64,000 bases of DNA, taken from NCBI GenBank assembly GCA_964560225.1, contig CAZLLD010000001.1, forward strand, positions 65,565-129,564, read 5' to 3'. The notes under the pieces were generated by a model. It was given only the letters and a program-made list of their open reading frames with translations. It made no database searches and had not been told where the DNA came from. Shown one piece after another: positions 1 to 10,300 of the stretch (positions are counted from its first letter, which is position 1; every line of letters starts with the position of its first letter). A program made the translations under genes and the position numbers. Source of the stretch: an uncultured Bacteroidales bacterium. GTDB lineage: Bacteria > Bacteroidota > Bacteroidia > Bacteroidales > UBA10428.

Positions 1-313
1 ATCCTTTATTCGACAGGAATTGCAGTATTCTTTCGCGAAAATCCCCCTGAATGACAATTTGCTGATCTTTAACCGAACCACCCGTGCCGCATGATCTCTT
101 TATTTCCACGGCAAGTGTTTCAAGATCTGCAACTTTACCAACAAAGCCCTTGACCAGTGTGACCGTTTTTCCTTTTCTGCCTTTTGAATCGAGCCATACA
201 TAAAGGAGCTGGCGATCTGCAGGCAAGGTCTCAGTTTCTTCAACTTCCTCATCCCGGAACTGAAAATCCGGATTTGTGGAGTAAACAATACCTTCATGTT
301 TTTTATGTTTCAT
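1..313 (-). CDS. yciH: Translation initiation factor SUI1/YciH family protein (3' end runs off the window)
   Basis: Absent from the ORF track because it has no stop inside the window. The reverse complement from the ATG at 313..311 reads MKHKKHEGIVYSTNPDFQFRDEEVEETETLPADRQLLYVWLDSKGRKGKTVTLVKGFVGKVADLETLAVEIKRSCGTGGSVKDQQIVIQGDFRERILQFLSNKG. This matches the SUI1 pattern GRKGK.VT...G......L..LA..LK..CG.GG.VKD..I.IQGD.R. The listed ORF 100..297 is a different, non-coding frame. Confidence 0.8.
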   Translation of the reverse strand, partial: MKHKKHEGIVYSTNPDFQFRDEEVEETETLPADRQLLYVWLDSKGRKGKTVTLVKGFVGKVADLETLAVEIKRSCGTGGSVKDQQIVIQGDFRERILQFLSNKG

Positions 314-374
314 AATGCATCAGGATATTATCCGGTACTTTTGCGAAACTATTTAATATTCCGATATTCTCTAT

Positions 375-382
375 TAAATTTG
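375..382 (+). promoter_or_regulatory. Candidate Bacteroidota -7 promoter box (TAAATTTG)
   Basis: TAAATTTG matches TAnnTTTG and lies about 60 nt upstream of the ATG at 444, in the divergent gap with yciH. No well-spaced -33 TTTG was seen. Confidence 0.3.
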
Positions 383-443
383 GATTTTTCAAAATTATAC
401 AGTTTTACTATTCGATCATCTCATTATTTTTAATTCATTCGCA

Positions 444-3400
444 ATGACGAGATTCAGGCTTATCAATAACATGAACGGGTGGATCGTGTTTATTTTTTCT
501 GCCGTGGTGTACCTGCTAACCATTGAACCAACGGTTAGTTTATGGGACTGTGGTGAGTTTATCTCCAGTGCATTCAAATTGCAGGTGGGCCATCCTCCCG
601 GAGCACCTCTATTTATGATCATTGCCCGCTTTTTTTCACTCTTCGCGGGAAGTCAGGTTGATCGGGTTGCCATGATGGTTAATTCCTTTTCTGCAATTGC
701 CAGTGCATTGACCATTATGTTCCTTTACTGGACCATCACGCACCTGGCCGTTAAATTAATCGGATACCGCTATCATTTTTCCAATGCTGGCAATTTCGAT
801 CCCGAAGAATTGAATTCACGTGACAAGATCATTGTATTCGGAAGCGGAATTGTTGGCGCTCTGGCCTATACTTTTTCTGATACCTTTTGGTTTTCGGCAG
901 TTGAAGGTGAGGTGTATGCCAGTTCTTCACTGTTTACCGCGGTTGTTTTTTGGGCTGTGCTGAAATGGGAAAACGAGGCTGACCAAAGATCGTCCAACAG
1001 ATGGCTTGTGCTGATTGCTTATCTGATGGGGCTTTCTATTGGTGTTCACCTGCTTAACCTGCTGGCAATACCGGCTATTGTTATGGTCTACTATTTCAGG
1101 AAATACCAGGTTACCTCTGCGGGTGTCCTCAAAGCCCTGCTTGCTTCCGTTGTTATCCTGGGCACTATGATGTACATGATCATTCCGGGCCTGATTTGGC
1201 TGGCTTCCCGGTTCGAACTGATTTTTGTTAACGGATTCGGCCTGCCTTACAATTCTGGCGTGTTTGTATACTTCTTGTTGCTGCTTGGCGGTATCGCTTA
1301 CGGATTATGGAAAACGCATCAGCGCCGGATGGTATTACTGAATACGGTCATCCTGATGTTTGTAATGATCATCATCGGTTACTCCTCATTCACAATAATT
1401 GTGATCAGGTCGTTAGCCAACCCGCCTATGGATGAAAATAACCCTGATAATGTATTCTCACTGCAGTATTACCTGAACCGTGAGCAATACGGTGATCGTC
1501 CGTTGATTAAAGGACAGTACTTCAATGCAAAACCGGTTGGATTCAATTATGGAAAATCAACTTACTCACCCATCAACGGAAAATACAAGGTCACCAACCA
1601 AAAACTGTCGTATAAGTATGATCAACGCTTTACCACTTTATTCCCCCGAATGTGGAGCTCTGACAATGAACATGTTGATGTTTATATGGAATGGGCTGGC
1701 TTGAAAGAAAACCGCTTGTTCAATATGAGGCTTGATTCACAAGGAAATACAGTAACCAATAGTGAAGGGAAGCCAGTGTATGACCGTAATTCGCCTAAAG
1801 ATCCTCCGGGATTCATCAGCAACCTTAAATTCTTCTTCAGTTACCAGATCGGGCATATGTATTTCCGCTATTTCATGTGGAACTTTGTGGGAAGGCAAAA
1901 CGACATTCAGGGTTACGGCGACCCGCTTAACGGCAACTGGATCAGTGGAATCAGTCCGATTGATGAAGTTCTGATCGGCAACGAAGAAAATATGCCTGAG
2001 AGCATGAAACAAATTCCTTCAAGAAATACCTATTACTTCTTGCCGTTGCTGTTGGGTTTTCTAGGCCTCATCTTTCAAATGCAGCGCGATTCAAAAAACT
2101 TCTGGGTGGTAATGCTGCTTTTCGTGCTTACCGGAATTGCCATAGTGGTTTATCTGAACCAAACCCCAAACCAGCCGCGCGAACGTGACTATGCCTACGC
2201 AGGTTCATTCTATGCATTTGCGATCTGGATTGGTTTGGGTGTAATCGCCATGTACGATTCACTTGCTGTAAAAATCAGGAATAAATTTGCTGCTGTTTTC
2301 ATTTCCCTGTTATGCCTGCTTCTTGTTCCCGGAATCATGGCTTCTGAAAACTGGGATGATCATGATCGTTCCGGCCGTTATACTGCCCGGGATATTGCAT
2401 ACAATTACCTGATGACCTGTGCCCCAAATGCCATTCTTTTTACAAATGGAGACAACGACACTTTTCCTCTTTGGTATGCACAAGAAGTCGAGGGTATCCG
2501 CACTGATGTTAGAGTAGTGAACCTGATGCTGCTGAACATGGACTGGCATGTGGATCAGATGCGCCGCAAAGCCTATGAATCTGATACATTGCCCATTTCT
2601 CTCACTCCCAGTCAATACATCAACGGAACGCGGGATGTGGTATTCGTCCAGGAACGAATGAAACAGGCTGCTGATCTCAAGGATATAGTGAACTTTGTTT
2701 CCAGTGACCTGCCCCAGGCCAAAGTCGAGTCTACTACAGGAGAAAAATTCAATTTCATCCCCACCAGAACCTTCCGCTTAGCCGTGGATACAGCATTGGT
2801 TGTAAAAAACGGGACAGTAAGCCCCTCGGATAAAGACAAAGTTCATCCCTTTATTGAATGGACCTATAACCGGGGAAGTATGGGCAAAAACGGACTGATT
2901 GTAATGGATATCCTTGCTCATAACAACTGGGAAAGACCCGTTTATTTTGCCTCATTAGGGCATGAAGGAACACTGGGACTTGAAGACTACATGCAGCTTG
3001 AAGGTTTTGCTTACCGGTTGGTGCCCATCAAGTCACAAAGTATAGGCAGGTATGAAGCGGGCCGGTTAGAAGTTGACCGGTTATATGACAACCTGATGAA
3101 TAAATACCGATGGGGCAGGATGAATGAGCCCGATGTTTATCTGGATGATTTCCATGTTCGTACTGCATCTGTTATACGGCTGAGGTCCAGGTTCGTACAG
3201 CTTGCCGAAGCACTTATCGAACAAGGAGAAACCACCCGCGCCTTACAGGTGCTTGATCGCGTTGTTGAAATCACGCCCCATGAGAAAATTCCTTATGACC
3301 ATACGATCATCCAGATAGCAAACGGATATTACCGCTGCAAAGAAATCGAAAAGGGCAATGAACTGGTTAACAAACTCGCGGTTATCAGCGATGAGAAACT

Positions 3401-3590
3401 TACTTATTATCTCGACCAGAATCCGCGCTTCATTGCCTCTATCAACAACGAGATTCTTTATCAGTTCCAAATCATGCAAAACCTGATGAATATTTGCACA
3501 AGCTATAATCAAAAAGACATCAGTGATAACATCAACGAAATTTCAACCAAGCATTATGCGACCTATACCCGGTTGATCAACGGCATTTGA
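444..3590 (+). CDS. DUF2723 family polytopic membrane protein (glycosyltransferase-like, TMEM260-related) with a TPR-like C-terminus
   Basis: 1048 aa. The N-terminal motif TVSLWDCGEFISSAFKLQVGHPPGAPLF is characteristic of DUF2723. There are many hydrophobic helices in the first ~650 aa, followed by a soluble C-terminal domain. Confidence 0.8.
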   Translation: MTRFRLINNMNGWIVFIFSAVVYLLTIEPTVSLWDCGEFISSAFKLQVGHPPGAPLFMIIARFFSLFAGSQVDRVAMMVNSFSAIASALTIMFLYWTITHLAVKLIGYRYHFSNAGNFDPEELNSRDKIIVFGSGIVGALAYTFSDTFWFSAVEGEVYASSSLFTAVVFWAVLKWENEADQRSSNRWLVLIAYLMGLSIGVHLLNLLAIPAIVMVYYFRKYQVTSAGVLKALLASVVILGTMMYMIIPGLIWLASRFELIFVNGFGLPYNSGVFVYFLLLLGGIAYGLWKTHQRRMVLLNTVILMFVMIIIGYSSFTIIVIRSLANPPMDENNPDNVFSLQYYLNREQYGDRPLIKGQYFNAKPVGFNYGKSTYSPINGKYKVTNQKLSYKYDQRFTTLFPRMWSSDNEHVDVYMEWAGLKENRLFNMRLDSQGNTVTNSEGKPVYDRNSPKDPPGFISNLKFFFSYQIGHMYFRYFMWNFVGRQNDIQGYGDPLNGNWISGISPIDEVLIGNEENMPESMKQIPSRNTYYFLPLLLGFLGLIFQMQRDSKNFWVVMLLFVLTGIAIVVYLNQTPNQPRERDYAYAGSFYAFAIWIGLGVIAMYDSLAVKIRNKFAAVFISLLCLLLVPGIMASENWDDHDRSGRYTARDIAYNYLMTCAPNAILFTNGDNDTFPLWYAQEVEGIRTDVRVVNLMLLNMDWHVDQMRRKAYESDTLPISLTPSQYINGTRDVVFVQERMKQAADLKDIVNFVSSDLPQAKVESTTGEKFNFIPTRTFRLAVDTALVVKNGTVSPSDKDKVHPFIEWTYNRGSMGKNGLIVMDILAHNNWERPVYFASLGHEGTLGLEDYMQLEGFAYRLVPIKSQSIGRYEAGRLEVDRLYDNLMNKYRWGRMNEPDVYLDDFHVRTASVIRLRSRFVQLAEALIEQGETTRALQVLDRVVEITPHEKIPYDHTIIQIANGYYRCKEIEKGNELVNKLAVISDEKLTYYLDQNPRFIASINNEILYQFQIMQNLMNICTSYNQKDISDNINEISTKHYATYTRLINGI

Positions 3591-3611
3591 TTATAAACTG
3601 AATACTCCAGG

Positions 3612-3648
3612 TAATCCGGTTCTGCTTTACAGGCCGGATTATTTTTTT
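3612..3648 (+). terminator. Rho-independent terminator after the DUF2723 gene
   Basis: TAATCCGG (3612-3619) pairs with CCGGATTA (3634-3641) and is followed by T7 (3642-3648). The hairpin overlaps the stop codon of the convergent gene at 3639. Confidence 0.6.
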
Positions 3649-4613
3649 CTGTGCATTAAATAATCAGAAAATGAACGCAAAACGTCTATTCTTTTTGTGT
3701 CTAAGCTGAGTCTTTGAAGGTTATCAATGGCCAAATGGTGATACTGATTAATACGTTCAACCACTTTGAGGGGGATTCCCAATTCAGCATATATTTTGCT
3801 GACAGCCTTAACCTTTTCATCTTTATCGAATTCTTTCAGGTTCAGCCAGTGTAAAAGGTCATGCCGGTTGGTTCCGGATGCGGCACGTATCGCTTCAATG
3901 AGCAAAATTGTCTTTTTATTGGTAACAACATCATTACCGGTTACCTTGCCAAAGACGTCAGGGTCTGCAAACACATCCAGCAGGTCATCCTGAAGCTGAA
4001 AAGCAATGCCCAGGTTCTTCCCGAATTCATAAAGCAGGCTGGCATTTTCCTCATCAGCTCCTCCCAATAATGCGCCAATTTTCAGCGAAGCAGCAAGTAA
4101 AACTGCTGTCTTGAATGTGATCATCTTCAGGTATTCCTCAATGGTCACTTCAGACCGGGTTTCATAGTCCATATCATACTGCTGTCCTTCACATACCTGC
4201 AATGCCGTTTGGTTGAAAACCGGTAAAATCTGCGGAAGAGTATCCCTGTTACCCCTGCTCAGCAATTCATAGGCTTTGATCAGCATGGCATCACCCGAAA
4301 GGATGGCTACATTTGTATTCCATTTGACATGCACGGTAAGGTTATTCCGGCGTCTTTCCGAATGATCCATGATGTCATCATGCATCAGTGTAAAATTGTG
4401 AAATACCTCAATTGCCAGGGCCGGAAATACGGCCTGTTCAATGTCATCTGAAAACACATTACAACCCATTAATACCAGCGAAGGTCTTATTCTTTTTGCC
4501 TCCAGGTTCAACAAATACTGCATGGGGTCATAGAGATTTTCCGGATAAACCGGAAGCTGCATGTGCCGGATACGCTCGTTAATGATACTCTGACAGTCTA
4601 TCAGCGTGTACAT
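3639..4613 (-). CDS. Polyprenyl diphosphate synthase (trans-isoprenyl diphosphate synthase family)
   Basis: 324 aa. First Asp-rich motif is LMHDDIMD and the second is FQLQDDLLD. Chain-length specificity cannot be judged by eye. Confidence 0.85.
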   Translation of the reverse strand: MYTLIDCQSIINERIRHMQLPVYPENLYDPMQYLLNLEAKRIRPSLVLMGCNVFSDDIEQAVFPALAIEVFHNFTLMHDDIMDHSERRRNNLTVHVKWNTNVAILSGDAMLIKAYELLSRGNRDTLPQILPVFNQTALQVCEGQQYDMDYETRSEVTIEEYLKMITFKTAVLLAASLKIGALLGGADEENASLLYEFGKNLGIAFQLQDDLLDVFADPDVFGKVTGNDVVTNKKTILLIEAIRAASGTNRHDLLHWLNLKEFDKDEKVKAVSKIYAELGIPLKVVERINQYHHLAIDNLQRLSLDTKRIDVLRSFSDYLMHRKK

Positions 4614-4696
4614 GTTGATGAAAGTAAAGTTGAATGGTCAAAGATAGGAAATCTGATGACAGGACCCGGGTCATTTTTTATTCGCCAATTAATAAT

Positions 4697-4704
4697 TAAT
4701 TTTG
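4697..4704 (+). promoter_or_regulatory. Candidate -7 promoter box (TAATTTTG)
   Basis: Matches TAnnTTTG and lies 38 nt upstream of the ATG at 4742. Confidence 0.3.
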
Positions 4705-4741
4705 CCGGCTGTGAATATGAAATGATAATCAATGATAGACT

Positions 4742-6208
4742 ATGATAAGATTCCGTTTTTCAATCATTCTGATCTTTTCTTGTTTGCTTTCCATGCGTGC
4801 TACCGGTCAGGGTTATGAAATCAAGGTTAAAATAAACGGATTGGCTGACAAACAGGTAATTCTCGGACATTACCTGAGCAAATCCATGTATCCGGATGAC
4901 ACGATAAAATTAGACAACAAGGGGTATGGGGTATTCAAAAACAGCCGGAAACTGCCCTCGGGCATGTATGTCATGTTCATCAGGAGTGACCGGTATTTTG
5001 ACGTGATTATCGGAGAAGATCAGACTTTTTCCCTGGAAACCGACACGGTGGACTTTGTGAATACCATGCATGTCAAGGGTTCTCGGGACAATGAAATCTT
5101 TCTCGATTTTCAGAAGTACATGATTGCCCTGCGTGTTAAAAATGACAGCCTGATGCCGTTGATCCGGAAGGAAAGTAATCCGGCAACAAAGGAGCAACTC
5201 ACGGCAAAGATCAAACAACTGGGTAACGAGCGAAAGAACAAGGTCATCAGCATTCAGAAGGAAAACCCGGATCTTTTTGTGTCGACTTTCCTGATGACCA
5301 CACTGGATTTGGAAGTCCCCGACCCTCCCAAAGATGAAAACGGACATGTGATTGATTCCACCTGGCAATATTACTATTACCGCAACCATTTTTTCGACAA
5401 TTTTAACCTGGCTGATCCCAGGCTGCTCAGAACGCCTCTTTATGAAGACAAGCTGATGACCTATATCAACAAGGTGGTTCCCCAAATTCCGGATTCACTG
5501 ATTCTCCATGCAGACTTTCTTATTGAAAAGGCGCGTCATGATTCAGATACCTATAGGTTTACACTGATTACCCTGTTTAACCATTTTGGAAAAAGCAACA
5601 TCATGGGCATGGATGCCTTGTATGTGCATATTGCCGACAAATACTACATCCGCGATTCCTGGTGGAGTGATCCCAAATTTCTCGCCGAACTGAAAGACAA
5701 AGTTGAAAAAACAAAACCCCTGCTTATCGGGAGTGTCACTCCCGATGCCGAACTCATGATTGTGCCAGCTGCACATTTTAAAAGCGCAATGGCCGATACT
5801 GCTTTGCGTCGTTATCCTCATGTCGGCAAAATGGATCACATTCACGGAATTGAGGCCAAGTACCTGGTTCTTCTTTTCTGGGAAGCTGATTGTGGTCATT
5901 GTAAAACTGTCGTTCCGCAATTACACAGCATCTATAAAAACAGCCTGGAGGCAATGGGTGTAAAAGTCCTGGCAATCAGTACGCTTTTTGGAGAGGACGG
6001 TAAGATAAAATGGGTTGATTTTGTGAATGACAAAGGAATTTATGACTGGATCAATGCCTGGAATCCATACTCCTACAAATTCAAGATGGACTATGATGTG
6101 GTCACCACACCTCAGATTTATATTCTGGATAAGGACAAAAAGATTCTGGCAAAAAAAATCGGACCGGAACAGGTTGAAGAGATAATTACAGCATTTGAAA
6201 GAAGATAA
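4742..6208 (+). CDS. Exported DUF5106-like / thioredoxin-fold (TlpA-like) protein
   Basis: 488 aa. Signal peptide MIRFRFSIILIFSCLLSMRATGQ. The C-terminal thioredoxin fold carries the CxxC motif LFWEADCGHCKTVVPQL. Confidence 0.7.
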   Translation: MIRFRFSIILIFSCLLSMRATGQGYEIKVKINGLADKQVILGHYLSKSMYPDDTIKLDNKGYGVFKNSRKLPSGMYVMFIRSDRYFDVIIGEDQTFSLETDTVDFVNTMHVKGSRDNEIFLDFQKYMIALRVKNDSLMPLIRKESNPATKEQLTAKIKQLGNERKNKVISIQKENPDLFVSTFLMTTLDLEVPDPPKDENGHVIDSTWQYYYYRNHFFDNFNLADPRLLRTPLYEDKLMTYINKVVPQIPDSLILHADFLIEKARHDSDTYRFTLITLFNHFGKSNIMGMDALYVHIADKYYIRDSWWSDPKFLAELKDKVEKTKPLLIGSVTPDAELMIVPAAHFKSAMADTALRRYPHVGKMDHIHGIEAKYLVLLFWEADCGHCKTVVPQLHSIYKNSLEAMGVKVLAISTLFGEDGKIKWVDFVNDKGIYDWINAWNPYSYKFKMDYDVVTTPQIYILDKDKKILAKKIGPEQVEEIITAFERR

Positions 6209-6213
6209 TCTAC

Positions 6214-7305
6214 ATGATTTCAATGAATAAGAGAACTGGCATCAAATTAATACTTGAAGATGGTAAGGAGTTTAACGGTTTTTCCTTTGGCTGTGAAAAA
6301 TCCGTTTCCGGGGAAGTAGTATTCAATACGGCCATGACGGGTTATCCGGAAAGTCTCACAGACCCATCTTATAAGGGCCAGATTCTGACCTTAACCTATC
6401 CTATTGTGGGAAATTATGGTGTTCCGGGAAATCTTACGGAAGATTCCATGTATAAGTTTTTTGAATCGTATGCGCTGCATATATCCGGTTTGATTATTTC
6501 AGATTACACCGAGGAATACAGCCACTGGAACGCCAATAAAAGTCTGGGCGACTGGTTGAAAGAATCCGGGATTCCGGGTATCTATGGTATTGATACTCGT
6601 GAGCTTACAAAAATCCTTCGGGAAGAGGGAACCATGCTCGGCAAAATAGTTTATAACAACCAGGATGTTGCGTTGTACGACCCGAATCAGGATAACCTGG
6701 TGGAACAGGTCAGCATTCGTGAAAAAAAGGTATTCGGGAATGGAAAATACCGGATCTTATTAATTGATTGTGGTGTCAAGTACAATATCATCCGAAACCT
6801 GTTGCACCGTGACACTACGGTGGTGTTGGTACCCTGGGATCATGACATTTCAAAAGAATCCTACGACGGATTGTTCATTTCAAACGGACCCGGGGATCCC
6901 AAACAATGTGGGGTGACCATTTCCAATCTGAAAAAGGCACTTGACGGTAACACACCGGTTTATGGTATCTGTTTGGGTAACCAGTTGCTTGCCCTGGCTG
7001 CCGGAGCCAATACCTATAAGCTGAAATATGGTCACCGGAGTCACAATCAGCCGGTTATTCTGAAAGATACGAATAAAGCTTATATCACCTCGCAAAACCA
7101 TGGTTTTGCCATTGATAATTCCACGCTTCCGGCAGCATGGGAACCCCTCTTCGTCAACCTGAACGATCAGACCAATGAAGGGATGAAACACAAAAGCAAA
7201 CCCTTCTTTTCTACACAGTTTCATCCCGAAGCTTCGAGCGGTCCCAAGGACACTGAATTTCTTTTTGACGAATTCATTGACTTAGTGGCCCGGCACAAAA
7301 AATAA
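6214..7305 (+). CDS. carA: Carbamoyl-phosphate synthase small (glutamine amidotransferase) subunit
   Basis: 363 aa. N-terminal FNTAMTGYPESLTDPSYKGQILTLTYPIVGNYG. Class-I amidotransferase nucleophile in ICLGNQLL, with HGFA and FSTQFHPE present. No carB is adjacent. Confidence 0.9.
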   Translation: MISMNKRTGIKLILEDGKEFNGFSFGCEKSVSGEVVFNTAMTGYPESLTDPSYKGQILTLTYPIVGNYGVPGNLTEDSMYKFFESYALHISGLIISDYTEEYSHWNANKSLGDWLKESGIPGIYGIDTRELTKILREEGTMLGKIVYNNQDVALYDPNQDNLVEQVSIREKKVFGNGKYRILLIDCGVKYNIIRNLLHRDTTVVLVPWDHDISKESYDGLFISNGPGDPKQCGVTISNLKKALDGNTPVYGICLGNQLLALAAGANTYKLKYGHRSHNQPVILKDTNKAYITSQNHGFAIDNSTLPAAWEPLFVNLNDQTNEGMKHKSKPFFSTQFHPEASSGPKDTEFLFDEFIDLVARHKK

Positions 7306-7307
7306 GA

Positions 7308-10300
7308 TCAGTCGGCATTGACCACCTCAACCCACTGACCTTTTTCCATAGCAGAAATGCTGTTGTCATACATGGCTTCACAGTAAGTACCGGGCAGGTA
7401 GTATCTTCCCAGGTATGCCGCATTCAGCTGCACCACAAAGGTCTTTCTTTCACCTCTGGCCAGGTCAAAATAAGTGTATATCCGGTCGTCCCGTATATCC
7501 TGATATTCAGGATGGCTGATATTACCGGAAATATCAGCATCAGCAAGCCGGTTATTCCTGATCTCCCAGCCGGGAGGGAAAACTTGTGTCAGCGCCATTT
7601 GCCGGTACCGGAACGCCCCGGGATTATAAACAGTAACCACTGCCAGAAAATCCATTCCCTGGGTTACCCGGGATACGTCAACAGGTTTTCCTTCTCTTGT
7701 TTGGTATGATACATTAATTGTCAGATTGTTGCTGAATTCCTTTTCGTCTCCGGATTCAGGGATGCCTTCCATGATAACCCGGGTAAACAGAATCGCCTTC
7801 CCGTTGTTGCTGATGGTCAACGGCAAAGTCTTTGCATTCCTGGGCAAGGAAAGCTTAACCTGAGTTAATGGTTTTGAAGTAGATACCTGAATGGACTTTC
7901 CGTTCGCCAGCTTGTATGAAAAGTTCAGCTTGTCAGCTGTTGATCCTGTGGCAAACTTGGCTACTGCAAGCAGGCAATAGGCTGTGGTTTGTGTGCTCAT
8001 CCAGGACGCAGAAGAAAGCGACTCAGAAATCCTGCGCGTCAGTACGGCACCCTGGGTCTGATTGTTCATCAGTGTCATGGTTTCAAGTAACATGGCAAGA
8101 TCACGATCTGGTGAACCATAACTTGAATAGAAACCGGTATAAGGTTGTATTTCTGTGCTTTCACGACTAACCAACTCTTTTGCGACCTGCATTTGTCCTG
8201 CCAGTGCATAAGCAGCAGCCAAACGCCATTTCGCCTGCAGGCTCATGTTTTTGACCTCTCTGAGCCGGTTCATGGCAGCCATTTCCGGTTCACCTGCCAG
8301 AGCAAGGGTGTACAACCGGTAGGCTTGTTCCAGGTGGTCCTGACGATAGTGATCCTCGCGATACTGAACCGGACTCCATTGCCGGGCAAATTGCTTTTGT
8401 GATTTCAGCCACGATGATTTCATGCCTGCAGGCAAAGTATAACCTTTCTTTTCTGCCTCGAGCAGAAAATGGCCCGCGTAAGAACTTCCCCAGGGATCAG
8501 GAACCAGGTTGCCTGGCCAATAGGCAAGTCCTCCTCCTGCAACCTGGAAGCGCTGCAGCTTATTGATACCGGCTTTGATATTTTTCTCAATGGCCGATTT
8601 TGAATTTTCATCCAGTTCTATCAGATCGGGCAAAAAGAGCTGCGCAAAAACCGTGGAAGTAATCTGTTCAATGCATCCGTGCGGATAATTGATCAGGAAG
8701 CGCAACCTGCGTTCGGCATCAATCGGGGGAATTCCGGATACCTCCAATACGGCGGTATTGGTGTTTTCCATACCCGGCAAAGTAAAGCTGATTTCATCCG
8801 TTTTACCGGCCTCAACTGAATTGCCGGTAAATGTAGTAACCGGGGGATTGGCATTCCGCACGTCCAGTTCAATGTCATATACTGCTGTTTTTCTGCCACT
8901 TGTTGCTGTCACCTGAACTTTTGCAACACCTGTTTTCCGGGCTGTCTTGAATTCAAATTCAACCATCTTGTCACCTGTTTGTGTGAATGTCAGTGGCTGG
9001 GTTGTGCTGCCTTCAGCAATCAGGAAGTCATTTGATTTCACTGAAACAGAAACCTGTTTGATCTGACTGTCCATGGCAAATACCGTAACGGGCAGTTTTA
9101 CTGATTCACCGGTACCCAGAACGCGGGGCAGTGTGGCAAGCACCATGAGTGGCTTTTTTACAGGTACGGCTTTCTCGGCAAATCCATAGGCCCCGTCTTT
9201 CCCGGCTACTACCATGGTCCTGACCGAACCGATATAATTCGGCATGACCAGTGTATGGCTGTTTGTTTTGCCACCTTTGACCGTAAAGGGGCCCAGGTAT
9301 TTAACAACCGGTTTGAAACGGTTTGCTTTCTCAGCTGACTGACCACCCACCTGTTCTCCATCTCCGCCGATTCCCAGTATGCTTGACAATTTACCTCCAT
9401 AGGCGCCGATAACCATGTCATACAGGTCCCATGAACGTACGCCAAGTGCCTCGCGTGCGTAAAACAGGCTCCACGGGTCGGGCGTTTTGAAACGGGTTAG
9501 ATCAAGCAGGCCCTCTTCAACGATGGCCAGGGTATAGGTCATTTCCCGTTTGTTCTTTTCGCTTACTTCCACCTTAAATTGCTGTAAGGGTTCCAGGTTG
9601 TCAGGCATTTTAATAACCGGTGATAAACGGGTTTGCGGATCTTCTACCAAAATGGGTATCACGCCGTAAAGTCGCATGGGCATATCATTTTCCGAACTGG
9701 CATGAGGCTGAATGAGAGTGACATGTGCATAGACATTAGGAGCCATATCAGGAGTAATCTGGAATTTGTGACGGATTTCCTTCCCATTGGTAACAAGCCA
9801 TTCCTTGCTGATTATCCTTGAGCCGTTTTCAATACTTAACAAAGCATTTCCGCTTCCGCTGGTGGGAACAATGATTTCTGCATAGTCTCCAACCTGGTAT
9901 TTTTCCTTGTCAGCATTGAAAGTAAGCATGCTCGCAGCTTCCGGGTTGTCGCGCATGGGTCTTCCGGCCCATCCCGGCCAGTCGATATAAATGATTTTAC
10001 CTGCTGCGTGCCCGCTGACCGGATCCACTACCCTTACGTAAAATCTCCCCCATTCGGGTCGGTTGATTCTGAAGCTGAATTTTCCCTTTCCGTTCACCGC
10101 AGACAGTTTTTTGGAAACCAGCGGCCTGTTGTATGTGTTTCCAATATAATCGGCAATTTCATCACCGGCCGACTCCCACCAGTTGCGCCAGTGCAACTTG
10201 TATACATAGGCTTCCAAATTATTGCGTGACAAAGCATTGCCGCTTTCATCCAAAAGCACCACATCAACCCAATGCGTGGTATCGGTAAGCAACATACCTC

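Noticed and set aside
100-297. 65-aa minus-strand ORF from the track
   Set aside because: It is in the wrong frame. The adjacent frame encodes a clear SUI1/YciH protein starting at 313 and running off the window.
4663-4672. GACCCGGGTC palindrome followed by ATTTTTTA in the divergent spacer at 4614..4741
   Set aside because: It is only 10 bp with no loop, so it is not a viable terminator hairpin, and it lies between divergent starts. It could be an operator but is too short to distinguish from chance.
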